This document shows, one piece after another, positions 8,145-17,022 of a DNA stretch of 24,099 nucleotides. How positions within the stretch are numbered: position 1 is the stretch's first letter; every line of letters starts with the position of its first letter. The position numbers and the translations under genes were made by a program. The notes below the pieces were generated by a model. That model was not told where the DNA came from and made no database searches. It saw nothing but the letters and a program-made list of their open reading frames with translations. This DNA is from Cyanobacteria bacterium auto_48_18 (GTDB lineage Bacteria > Cyanobacteriota > Vampirovibrionia > Obscuribacterales > Obscuribacteraceae): positions 1 through 24,099 of the forward strand of contig JAVHQC010000012.1 of assembly GCA_036170915.1 (NCBI GenBank), written 5' to 3'.

Positions 8145-9899
8145 TTATCGCGTCTTAAGTAGTTCAAGACGCTGTTTTGCTTTTGCAACAACCTGATCAG
8201 AACTACCGCCCAACTTGATGCATGTCTCCAATTCCGCTATAGCTCCTTCACTGTCACCACTCTTTTCCATAGCACTAGCTAACAGCCAATGAATGGTGGC
8301 ATCATCAGGAGCAAGTTTGGCAGCATCTTTGTACGCATTCGTTGCAGGGCCAATGTAGCCCTGCGCCAGTAACACAGAGCCAAGCGTTGTATTCGCAGAA
8401 GCAGATTTAGGGTCAAGGCGCACAGCTTCTTTAGCTTGAGCTGTCGATTGGTCCACATCTCCGCTCTTCATCAGACCGTAGCTAAGGCGCTCGCGCAAAT
8501 CAGAGCGTTTCGGATACAGGTCGACAGCTTCTTCTAAATAACGCACCGACTCTTTTGCCTGACCAGCAGCGAGCATTTTCTTAGATAGCCCCATCAATAC
8601 TGACGTGTCTTTTGGATTGAGTCTGTATGCTGTATTGAGCTCTTGCAGGCTGTTTTCCGCATCACCCAGCTGGTCTAAAATTCGAGCGTAGTTGAGGTGA
8701 AAGAGTGCATCATTCGGATTGGCAGCGATTGCCTTTTTCTGCATTTCTGATGCAGCTTTCCAATCGCCTTTAATCGCCAATGCGGCGCCATAATCTGCAA
8801 GCGCGTCAGCGTATTTAGGATCTGCGGCAATAGCTAGTTTGTATTGCTCGAGCGCTTCGTCCATTTTTCCTTCTGCGACAAACTTGCTAGCTTTTAAGTA
8901 AGCTCCTTCTGCCGAAAGAAAAGAAGTAACCGCAGCAGGTAAGTTAGAGACATGCTCTACAGGCGGCACACCAACAACAAGTTCTGCTCCAGTCCATGCT
9001 GATTTCATACCAGGAACTTGCCGCTTTTTGGAATCTTTAGAAGTCGTTTGTAATTCGGTATTATGCTTTGCAATTGCAAATGCTTTGTTGAGAGAAATTA
9101 GTCCATCTTCCTGACGGAGAGCGCTAATGAGATTTTTAGAAAACACGCTGTTTTGAGTAATTTCATTCGATTGACTTGACGACAAAATGATAAAGCCATT
9201 ACCAAGAAGAACTTTATCGAGGTCCAAATTATATTGGCTTTTTATTGGCAACAGTGATTTTGCACCGGCCGTCAGGTCTGCCGCACCAGAGTATGCCGCT
9301 TGCAAGACAAGAAGAATACGGTCGGAGTGTACGTGCTCTTTTAGAGTGCTCATCAATGATTGCATCGAAAAACAAGTTCCATAAATATTGTCGAGCGCGC
9401 AGTCGTACGAGCACAGATAAATATTGCCGTCGGTTGTTGGAAAACTACTTGTCGCAATAAACACAACGACCAGATCATCTGGCCCAACGGCGTTGCCTAA
9501 AAAGCTCGGACCGAGCGCGGTCATGATGCTTTGCTTCTGAGTATCTGCGTCAAGCAAGAGTTTCACGTGCGAAGCGTCAAAGCGACCGCCATGGGGATCT
9601 ACCAAATATTGGTAAAACTCTTTGGCTGATTGCGCCATCTCTCCTTCATTGGCTGAAATGAGGCGACCTTCTTTAAACTTTGAAGTGCCTATGACCACTG
9701 CCCATTTTTGTTTGATTGGTCGGTTAGTTGCACGCGCTTCCGGATTTAGATCTTGGATTTTAGTGAATTCGACACCAGGCACCTTTGCAGGCCCTGCTTC
9801 AGTTGCTGCTAAACACCGAGCCGGACAACAGAGAGTTATGGTCATGGCCAAAGCAAAACTAAATGGATGAAAACTTCGTAGAGAAAAAATGTTCAACAT
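8145..9899 (-). CDS. Exported caspase-like (peptidase C14 fold) plus TPR protein, catalytic dyad absent
   Basis: Signal peptide; KWAVVIGTSKF and DDLVVVFIATSS / LVLQAAYSG at the dyad positions; about 6-7 TPR repeats at the C-terminus. GAGGT RBS upstream. Confidence 0.8.
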   Translation of the reverse strand: MLNIFSLRSFHPFSFALAMTITLCCPARCLAATEAGPAKVPGVEFTKIQDLNPEARATNRPIKQKWAVVIGTSKFKEGRLISANEGEMAQSAKEFYQYLVDPHGGRFDASHVKLLLDADTQKQSIMTALGPSFLGNAVGPDDLVVVFIATSSFPTTDGNIYLCSYDCALDNIYGTCFSMQSLMSTLKEHVHSDRILLVLQAAYSGAADLTAGAKSLLPIKSQYNLDLDKVLLGNGFIILSSSQSNEITQNSVFSKNLISALRQEDGLISLNKAFAIAKHNTELQTTSKDSKKRQVPGMKSAWTGAELVVGVPPVEHVSNLPAAVTSFLSAEGAYLKASKFVAEGKMDEALEQYKLAIAADPKYADALADYGAALAIKGDWKAASEMQKKAIAANPNDALFHLNYARILDQLGDAENSLQELNTAYRLNPKDTSVLMGLSKKMLAAGQAKESVRYLEEAVDLYPKRSDLRERLSYGLMKSGDVDQSTAQAKEAVRLDPKSASANTTLGSVLLAQGYIGPATNAYKDAAKLAPDDATIHWLLASAMEKSGDSEGAIAELETCIKLGGSSDQVVAKAKQRLELLKTR

Positions 9900-9907
9900 G
9901 ACCTCAA

Positions 9908-11671
9908 CTAATTACCATGCATGAGCTGTATGTTTGCAGCTACCATTCCTCCACCAGTGGAAGTCAGTCGTACCAGGCTGCTATCGCGAGAACTATCGAT
10001 TTGAGAAATTGGCGAAAAGTCTTCAGGTAACATTACCGGCATCGGGTCATCCCACGACAATTTCATGCGCGTGGGGCATAAATCTTTTGCGCCTATCTCT
10101 GACGTAGAAACGAAAGCCGTCAGTTCATTATTGCGGAACATTTCTGGAGTGACAGCAATTTGCTCTTGATTAAAAACTAGACCAAGCTGCTCTGTCCCAG
10201 CGTTTTTATCAAAAGCCATCCAACCAGTAGACGGAATGGCATAATCTTGACCTTTTTTCAAAAAGTTCTGCGTACCATATTCTTTTTTCGGAAATAAAAC
10301 ATCACTTTTTCCAGTGGTGCTCGCTTTCATCACGAGGTAGGCGTAACCGTCACGTTCTGGAATTAAGTGAAAGCGAATTGCGTCACCAGTTTTAAATGCC
10401 ATTTTGTTATTGCAGCGAAAAACTTTTCCACCTCTATATAGTTCGATCCAGTAACTGATTTTATTGTGATCATTGGTTGGAAGACGATTGCGAAATTCGG
10501 ATGGTGCCGGCACTGGTGGAAGTACAGAAGGTGCTATAGCTGATGCGATGGTATCAGTCGAGGTATTTGCGTTGGCACCAGATGTGAGGCTAGTGTCTGT
10601 AGGGCCGTATTGTTCTATAGAAGCCACTACGGGCAACTGCTCTTTAGCTTTTGCGATTTCTGAATCGAGAGAAGCAACGTTTCTATCAATCCACGAGATA
10701 ACGAATTTCAAGTCGTTTGTATTAAATTGTCCCTTTTCGAAAATCAAATGCTCAGAATTTTGGCTCAGAACTAGCTGTCGATTAGGCGTGGCGAGGCGCT
10801 CGAAAAGCTTCCATGTGCCAGCAGGTCGAATCAGCTTGTCGTTTGTACCTTGAATGAAAAGTACTGGCGTTCTACTAACCCTGGGAGCCGCTTCGAGATT
10901 GTGCGCCAAAAATCCATCAAGTTGAACGAAATCTTTTGGCGAGAAGTTAATTCGCATCAGTGGGTCTGACTTCCATTCGCTCTGCAATTCAGGATTGTCT
11001 GTGATTTTTTGCACCGCAGCCATGGCGACATCAGTCATCGGTTTACTGTAAGCACCCACCACAGTTTGAAGAGCACACTTCTCTACGACTTTCTTCTCTT
11101 CATCACTCATGGCAAAACGATCGTGCGCCGGCACTGAACAAATAAGACCGTCGATAAGCTCAGGATAAAAGGCTGTTACGCGCAGGGCGATAGCGCCGCC
11201 CATGGATTCACCCAAGATCACCACACGAATATCCGGATGATCTTTGTGAATCTGCTCGAGCATCGCTTTGACATCTAATATGTCACCGTCGAAATCTAGC
11301 CCGTTGCGGTCATTGGCAATTTTTCGCTCTCCAAAACCCCGAAGGTCCATCGCATAGGCGGCCACTCCATTTTTCGCCAGCACTTTGCCCAGCGCTTCAT
11401 AACAGCCTTTATGCAGGCTGAAGCCATGAAGACACAGAACTGCGACCCTGGGTTTAACTCCGCCTTCAGGAAACCACGATAAACATGGAGCCTTCACAGG
11501 CGCTGAAGAAGCCTTCGGCAGTCGAAGCTGTTTGGAGCCTGGATCGTCTAAAGCATTCAAAGTACTTGTTGCGCCCGAATTTTCAGCCATCACTGGTGAG
11601 ACGAAACCAGCAAAAATCACGGTGAGCACCCGAGCTAGCGCAGCGTTTCGGATATTTATGCAATTGAGCAC
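9908..11671 (-). CDS. Exported alpha/beta hydrolase (lysophospholipase-like) fused to a C-terminal DUF4384 domain
   Basis: LHGFS oxyanion loop, DLRGFG, GESMGG nucleophile elbow, QGTNDKL (Asp) and EHLIFE (His). An S/T/P linker precedes FKTGDAIRF...DGYAYL...VLFP...GTEQL (DUF4384 pattern). Confidence 0.82.
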   Translation of the reverse strand: MLNCINIRNAALARVLTVIFAGFVSPVMAENSGATSTLNALDDPGSKQLRLPKASSAPVKAPCLSWFPEGGVKPRVAVLCLHGFSLHKGCYEALGKVLAKNGVAAYAMDLRGFGERKIANDRNGLDFDGDILDVKAMLEQIHKDHPDIRVVILGESMGGAIALRVTAFYPELIDGLICSVPAHDRFAMSDEEKKVVEKCALQTVVGAYSKPMTDVAMAAVQKITDNPELQSEWKSDPLMRINFSPKDFVQLDGFLAHNLEAAPRVSRTPVLFIQGTNDKLIRPAGTWKLFERLATPNRQLVLSQNSEHLIFEKGQFNTNDLKFVISWIDRNVASLDSEIAKAKEQLPVVASIEQYGPTDTSLTSGANANTSTDTIASAIAPSVLPPVPAPSEFRNRLPTNDHNKISYWIELYRGGKVFRCNNKMAFKTGDAIRFHLIPERDGYAYLVMKASTTGKSDVLFPKKEYGTQNFLKKGQDYAIPSTGWMAFDKNAGTEQLGLVFNQEQIAVTPEMFRNNELTAFVSTSEIGAKDLCPTRMKLSWDDPMPVMLPEDFSPISQIDSSRDSSLVRLTSTGGGMVAANIQLMHGN

Positions 11672-11847
11672 AAGCTTTTACCTTGAATGTGTATCTATGG
11701 CTCTATTTTAAGTCCAGTGTGGCTAAGGAGCTTCGCTTGACTTCGTCGTAGGCAGTGATTATGAAAAACTATTGAGGGTAGAAGCGACGCGCGGCAAAGT
11801 TTCGGCAAAGGCGGTGAATGCCACGGTTCGCCGCCACTCCATTTTTA

Positions 11848-12981
11848 CTACAGCAGTTGTCTGAGATTAGCCGCAGAAGCGACAGTTACGGCCAAGCCGT
11901 TAACCGATTTCCGATACGGCTCCCCCGGCTCAGGCGTGACTAAAAAATTACGACCTTTCGGATAGTTCTCTCTGAAGGCCTTCAAACCTTTTGTATCAAA
12001 GGCATCAGCACTCCATTTGCATTCAATCGCATCTACAGCATCTCGACCAGTCGGTACAACAAAGTCGACTTCTCTTTGCTGCTGGTCGCGCCAATAATGC
12101 AGTTTGGATTCATCGACAAAGCTCTGCAAAGCTTCCAATACAAGGTGCTCCCAGAGTACGCCGCAGTCTTCTGAGCGCAATTCATTCCAGCCTCGGGAAT
12201 AGGCTACGAAGCCAGTATCGAATCCATAGACTTTTTTCTGAGCAATGATTTCGCGACGTCCACCCGCTGAATATGGACTCAGTACGGTCATTACCTGAGT
12301 AGCTTGAAACACATCGATGTAGTTCATGACCGTTGGACGACTTAAACCAGAATGTTTTGCCAGGCCAGTAACCTCTGTCAGGCTGCCACTATTGCGCAGA
12401 AGCAGCTGGAGAAGGCGCAAAAATCCAGTCCTCTTCTCTACCCGAAAAAGTTCTTGCACATCACGCGCGAAATAAGAATCCATCCATTCGGAATAGAGAC
12501 TTTCATCAAATGTGTCGGCGAGAAGTGCATCGGGTAGGCCGCCTCGAAGAAGGCGCAATCGAATATCGGTAATGCCGAATGTATGCAATTCTTCCGCGAG
12601 GACCGGCAGCATATGAATGGTGCGCTTGCGTCCGGTCAGAGTGTCTCGAAATTTCGATGAGGCGGCAAGCGTGGAGGAGCCCGTCGCCAGAATACGCAAG
12701 TGAGAATAAGCATCTGCCCCTATTTTCAGAATTCGACTAGGATCGTCTAATTGATGAATCTCATCGAAAATGACAGTCGGGCTGGTTATTGCGCTAAAAA
12801 ACTGTTCCGGCTCTTCCAAACGTTTTGCGACACTGGGAAGATCGCAATTGAAGTACTCGCAATCGACAAAGGTTCTAGACAACGTTGTCTTCCCTACCCT
12901 ACGAACGCCGGAAAGCCACGCTATTGGTGCTTTGGACCAGGCGTGCTTAACTTTTTCCGTCCAATATGGCCTTGTAATCAT
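11848..12981 (-). CDS. AAA+ ATPase (AAA_14) with DUF4143 / C-terminal restriction-endonuclease-like domain
   Basis: GVRRVGKT Walker A, IFDEIH Walker B, ATGSS, LTGR, RGGLP, KKVYGFDTG and YWRD-x4-EVDF...IECK. Confidence 0.9.
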   Translation of the reverse strand: MITRPYWTEKVKHAWSKAPIAWLSGVRRVGKTTLSRTFVDCEYFNCDLPSVAKRLEEPEQFFSAITSPTVIFDEIHQLDDPSRILKIGADAYSHLRILATGSSTLAASSKFRDTLTGRKRTIHMLPVLAEELHTFGITDIRLRLLRGGLPDALLADTFDESLYSEWMDSYFARDVQELFRVEKRTGFLRLLQLLLRNSGSLTEVTGLAKHSGLSRPTVMNYIDVFQATQVMTVLSPYSAGGRREIIAQKKVYGFDTGFVAYSRGWNELRSEDCGVLWEHLVLEALQSFVDESKLHYWRDQQQREVDFVVPTGRDAVDAIECKWSADAFDTKGLKAFRENYPKGRNFLVTPEPGEPYRKSVNGLAVTVASAANLRQLL

Positions 12982-12991
12982 GCAACCCTAT

Positions 12992-13017
12992 TTTACACCT
13001 CCCCGGGTAAATGTAAA
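12992..13017. promoter_or_regulatory. Inverted repeat TTTACA-N14-TGTAAA in a divergent promoter region (candidate operator)
   Basis: Seen directly in the 102-bp gap between the divergent AAA_14 and McrB-like genes. Confidence 0.3.
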
Positions 13018-13083
13018 GTCAAGCTGCATGTAACAAAGTCGGTGAGACCTCTAGCGTGATATCCTACAAGCGCCCTTTAGGGC

Positions 13084-14061
13084 ATGCTAATAGACCCCTT
13101 GGACCGCGTACAAAAACCCATGGATTCCTACATAGAACCTAAATTCGATGCGATTCGCCGAGCTGTCGACGCCTCGGGCGCAGTTTATAGCTCTGACCTC
13201 TTAAGGCGCTACCACCTGTCTTTGAAAACCCGCCGGTTTGTCATTCTTTGCGGCGGCAGCGGTAGCGGTAAGACTCTGCTGACCCGTATATACGCCAACG
13301 CCGTCGAGGCCCAGTACAGGCTGGTGGCGGTCGCCCCTAACTGGACTACCAACGAAGATCTTTTGGGCTACTACAATCCACTCAGCAAGCAGTACTACGA
13401 TACTGACTTCAGCCTATTTCTGAGGCAAGCAGCACGGGCATACGAATCTGCCATCAATGTCGGTAAAGAGCCGCAGCCCTTCCATCTTGTTCTCGACGAA
13501 ATGAATTTGGCCCGAGTCGAATACTACTTTGCCAAATTCTTATCTGGCATGGAAGTTCTCACAAGTGTCGGCAAAGCTCAAGTGACCATGTTCGGACCCG
13601 ACGTCGTCGACCTGACCCCCAACCTCTTCTTTATCGGCACCGTAAACGTCGACGAAACCACCCAGGGATTTGCCGATAAGATCTATGACCGTGCTCAAGT
13701 AATTGAAGTGACCCACTTGAGAGAAGAAATAGCCTCTCGTATTGAACGCCCCGAACTGCGCCAAGTGCTCATGACCATATGGGATGCAGTAGCCGATGTC
13801 TCTCCATTTTCAATTCGAATTATTGACGAAATTAATAGATACGTTGACGAAGCAGTGCGCATTGGCATGCCCTGGGAAGAAGCCGTTGACGATCAAATAA
13901 TTCAAAAAATTCTGCCCCGAATCAAAGGCACTGATATCAGACTTGGTGTCATGCTGCAGAGAATGAGTGATATAACCGCAAACAAGTTCCCGCGGAGCCA
14001 TAGTAAGATTCAGCAACTCAATTATGGTTACCAAACTTATGGAATCGTCTCCTTCTTCTAG
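13084..14061 (+). CDS. McrB-family AAA+ GTPase (NxD type), no N-terminal specificity domain
   Basis: FVILCGGSGSGKT, VAVAPNWT..EDLLGYYNP, VLDEMNLARVEYYF, FIGTVNVDETT, DRAQVIE and QKILPRIKG. Confidence 0.85.
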   Translation: MLIDPLDRVQKPMDSYIEPKFDAIRRAVDASGAVYSSDLLRRYHLSLKTRRFVILCGGSGSGKTLLTRIYANAVEAQYRLVAVAPNWTTNEDLLGYYNPLSKQYYDTDFSLFLRQAARAYESAINVGKEPQPFHLVLDEMNLARVEYYFAKFLSGMEVLTSVGKAQVTMFGPDVVDLTPNLFFIGTVNVDETTQGFADKIYDRAQVIEVTHLREEIASRIERPELRQVLMTIWDAVADVSPFSIRIIDEINRYVDEAVRIGMPWEEAVDDQIIQKILPRIKGTDIRLGVMLQRMSDITANKFPRSHSKIQQLNYGYQTYGIVSFF

Positions 14062-15604
14062 ACTCAGCTTCTTCAGCGAGCCGGGAAAACTCTTGGAGCA
14101 TCCAGTCGAAGGACAGCGCTGCGGAATCGCTATTGATGTAGCAAAAAAACTGCGGCCGCTCAGGTTATCGCTAGATAAAAGGCCACTGCCACTGCGGCTA
14201 GACGAGGCTTCAATGTTCGCCTATTCGGAGTGGCCGCCTTGCCCACCTGGTCACTACGAACTTGCTCTTGTTTGTGGAGACATCAAAGAAACCCGAACAG
14301 TAGCGGTGATGCCACAGTATTTCAGCGAAAATGATTTGCATTACATTGTTTTTGATCTCACAGAACGGCTGCCAAACTTTATCGCAGCAGAACTACAAGA
14401 ATGTGGTGGACTGTCAGGCACCAACCTAAAGCGGCCAACAGAACCGACCATAGAAAGGGAATTTGCTCGATTGAATCGGGCAGTCAATGGCACAAAAGAA
14501 AAGCTGGGAATTCTGCAGCTGTTGCCGATTATTCAAAGAGAGTGCCACCAAATATTGGTGCCACGAACTGAACTTAAAAAGGCAAACCAAACCCGCAAAC
14601 CGGACATTTCAAAATTGCCACAGGCCATTGCCATGGCAGGAAATATTCGCTCCAACGGCGCACTAAAACAAATGTATGACGTCACAGTAGAACGCTCATT
14701 TGAAACATACGAAAACCGGCTGGTAAAGGCTTATGTTCAAGCCTTGCAAAGTCAGATGCTGCAGCTGCAAGCGAGAATGGAAGCAGAACAGCCAAAGCAT
14801 CCTCTGGCATTAGAACTGGAAACACTTCTAACTGAATTTCGTTTGGCTTGCACCCGGGCGCAGTTTTTGCGAGAAGTACGACGACCATTTGAATCAGCTG
14901 GTCGAGTGACTATGGTTCTTTTGAAGAATGAGGCCTATCGCGCAGTTTTCGAAGGCTACTTGTCTTTATACAAACTGTCAACTATAAGACTTGAGGAACC
15001 AGCTCTAGAAAAGCCACTGAGCTCTTTTCCTTATCTCTATGTGCGCTGGGTCAACCTCACAGTGATTAGCGTATTGCTTCAAGTCTGTATTGAACTAGGC
15101 TATAAATGTATCAGCCACCCCTGGATCAAACAAGATAATCAGGGACTCTTCATTCCAGTTATGAGTGAGGGTACGGCTGGAGTAAAGCTGTCTTGCCCGC
15201 GCACCAATACTGTAGTCAGCGTTTTTTCATGGAAAACAGGCGATAAAAAAAACGCAAAAGCCCTATATGCACAAGAGGAGCCACCAGCTCTCGCCGTCGC
15301 CATCTATCCTGCAGAGAAACCACCAATGGTGCTATTGTTTGATTCCAAATATGCAGTTTCAACTGGCAAAGTTATCGAACCGATGAAAGAGGATGTGGAA
15401 TTATTGCTTCAGGGAATGGAACAGAGCAAAACACCTGATGGGGTGCGCGAGATTCGATACGCTGCGGTTTTGTACCCTGGTCTAAAAAAGCAGATCGCCC
15501 CAGATCTTGAAGCTTTAGCAGCACGACCATCAAATGAAGAGGCTCTGCGAAAGAGTATCTACAAAGTGCTCAAGAAGTATCTTGATCCAAATTTCAAAGG
15601 TTAA
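14024..15604 (+). CDS. McrC-like DUF2357 / PD-(D/E)XK-fold protein
   Basis: Overlaps the McrB gene; SFETYENRLVK, MVLLKNEAYR, LFDSKY and AAVLYPG motifs; beta-rich N-terminus. The start may be slightly later (ATG 14039). Confidence 0.8.
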   Translation: MVTKLMESSPSSRLSFFSEPGKLLEHPVEGQRCGIAIDVAKKLRPLRLSLDKRPLPLRLDEASMFAYSEWPPCPPGHYELALVCGDIKETRTVAVMPQYFSENDLHYIVFDLTERLPNFIAAELQECGGLSGTNLKRPTEPTIEREFARLNRAVNGTKEKLGILQLLPIIQRECHQILVPRTELKKANQTRKPDISKLPQAIAMAGNIRSNGALKQMYDVTVERSFETYENRLVKAYVQALQSQMLQLQARMEAEQPKHPLALELETLLTEFRLACTRAQFLREVRRPFESAGRVTMVLLKNEAYRAVFEGYLSLYKLSTIRLEEPALEKPLSSFPYLYVRWVNLTVISVLLQVCIELGYKCISHPWIKQDNQGLFIPVMSEGTAGVKLSCPRTNTVVSVFSWKTGDKKNAKALYAQEEPPALAVAIYPAEKPPMVLLFDSKYAVSTGKVIEPMKEDVELLLQGMEQSKTPDGVREIRYAAVLYPGLKKQIAPDLEALAARPSNEEALRKSIYKVLKKYLDPNFKG

Positions 15605-15649
15605 GGCCAGACTAAATCGCGACCTTGCGACCCACGACTCGGAGGAACA

Positions 15650-16027
15650 ATGAGTTTCAAACACATCTTAATGACAATCGCTGTTTGCGCAGCCACCTGC
15701 AGCTCTGCGCATGGTGCCGATAAGCCGCTAGACAAAGAATTCATTAGCTTCTGGTCTGGTTTCAAAACAGCGTTGCAGAAGAACGATAAAGAGGCTCTGG
15801 CGTCGATGACGAAGCTACCCTATCTTTTGAACGAGAAAAAACTAAATCGAGCCTCATTCATCGCCCAGTCTGAGAAGATTTTTTCCTCGGCAACGAGAAA
15901 GTGCCTTTTGAAGGAAAAGCCTGTACCAGACAGAGATTCTGTTTTTGTTTTTTGCGGTGAGCAAATATACATATTTGCCAAAGACAACGGCAAATACAAG
16001 TTTACAGAAATTGGTGTGAACGATTAG
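15650..16027 (+). CDS. Small secreted hypothetical protein
   Basis: GGAGGA RBS; signal peptide ending in AHG; FWSGFKTALQKNDKEALASMTKLP; one Cys pair in the mature part. Confidence 0.8.
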   Translation: MSFKHILMTIAVCAATCSSAHGADKPLDKEFISFWSGFKTALQKNDKEALASMTKLPYLLNEKKLNRASFIAQSEKIFSSATRKCLLKEKPVPDRDSVFVFCGEQIYIFAKDNGKYKFTEIGVND

Positions 16028-16039
16028 CATGGGGCCGTT

Positions 16040-16465
16040 ATGACTGATATTCCAGAAAAAAGAAGACGCATGGCGGCTAGCGCTTACAAAGATCTCTTTG
16101 GAGATTTTCGCAACAAAGACGAAGCAGGCCAGGTGCCAACGGCTATGAGCGGCGCGCGGCTCGCTGACTTACTCAAAGAAAATTTCAGCAAAATTGATAC
16201 AAACGGCGATGGTGTCTCACTTGGCGAAATCAAGCGTGCCCATGCCATGCCATTCAATTTCTCCGCAGAAGCGCTGATAATGTTCAAAGTCTTGGAAAAG
16301 TTTTTTGAAACTATTTGCAATTTAGCCGACGACGAGCCTGGTCCAGATACAGTTATCAGCGCCATAGATGTGGATGCGCTTGCACAGTATCTCAAGTATT
16401 CTCATTTGACTATCGAACAATTGCAGGAGTGGCGGAACCGGACCGAGAGCGGACGACTGGCTTAG
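16040..16465 (+). CDS. EF-hand-like domain protein
   Basis: FSKIDTNGDGVSLGEI resembles an EF-hand loop, with a second degenerate loop (DDEPGPDTVISAID). GGGG upstream; 12 bp after the previous stop. Confidence 0.7.
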   Translation: MTDIPEKRRRMAASAYKDLFGDFRNKDEAGQVPTAMSGARLADLLKENFSKIDTNGDGVSLGEIKRAHAMPFNFSAEALIMFKVLEKFFETICNLADDEPGPDTVISAIDVDALAQYLKYSHLTIEQLQEWRNRTESGRLA

Positions 16466-16496
16466 TTAAGTAGTTGGCACGTTTCATGCTGGGCAT

Positions 16497-16641
16497 TTCA
16501 GCATCCACGACTAGAAGTGAACTGCCTACATGCTTGGAATTCTTCAGACAACGAACTTGCGCATCAGCAAAAAAACTGCGTAGCGTCATGTTCTTTGGTC
16601 CACGGCACAATGACCAACGACAGCTTCGGCGTCTCTCGCAC
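16497..16641 (-). pseudogene. GNAT acetyltransferase toxin (AtaT/TacT-like) remnant with a large internal deletion
   Basis: GTG at 16641 reads (M)RETPKLSLVIVPWTKEHDATQFFC* (N-terminal HD..F.C motif). Another frame immediately gives ADAQVRCLKNSKHVGSSLLVVDA (C-terminal motif). The intervening core is missing. Confidence 0.75.
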
Positions 16642-16642
16642 C

Positions 16643-16924
16643 CTAGCTGCCTAAAATCTTTTTGTGACGACGCATTGCCGCAACGGAAGCTTTGTTCACC
16701 TTAGGCTCGGTGGTCATCAGCTGAGCCAAAGCCACGCTTTCCTCGACTGTCAACCGAACGATTCTTTGTTGTTCGATTACCCGGGAAGCTTCCTTGAGAG
16801 CCGCCTGTACCATGAAATCAGAAGTCGAGCGTCCTTGCAAAGCAGCAGCCTGGTCGATTTGCTGTTTTGCCTCTTTGGTTAGCCTGGCATCGATGCGCTC
16901 TTCTTTTCTGTTTTTTGCTGCCAT
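16643..16924 (-). CDS. DUF1778 (TacA/AtaR-like) ribbon-helix-helix antitoxin
   Basis: RKEERIDARL...IDQAAALQGRSTSDFMVQAALKEA...IEQQRIVRL; AGGAGAGG RBS upstream. Confidence 0.9.
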   Translation of the reverse strand: MAAKNRKEERIDARLTKEAKQQIDQAAALQGRSTSDFMVQAALKEASRVIEQQRIVRLTVEESVALAQLMTTEPKVNKASVAAMRRHKKILGS

Positions 16925-17022
16925 GATTGAACCCTCTCCTAAAATTGTACATTGGGAAAGGTCTTAAACGAATTACTGGACAAATGGCTGCCGAAGCGGG
17001 ATATCTACAGAGATTGATACTC

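Noticed and set aside
11790..11846. GC-rich imperfect hairpin after the AAA_14 gene as a terminator
   Set aside because: The stem is imperfect with no clear U-tract in the required orientation.
16410..16704. ORFs 16410..16610 (-) and 16474..16704 (+) as genes
   Set aside because: The first only carries the out-of-frame toxin fragment; the second is its antisense shadow.
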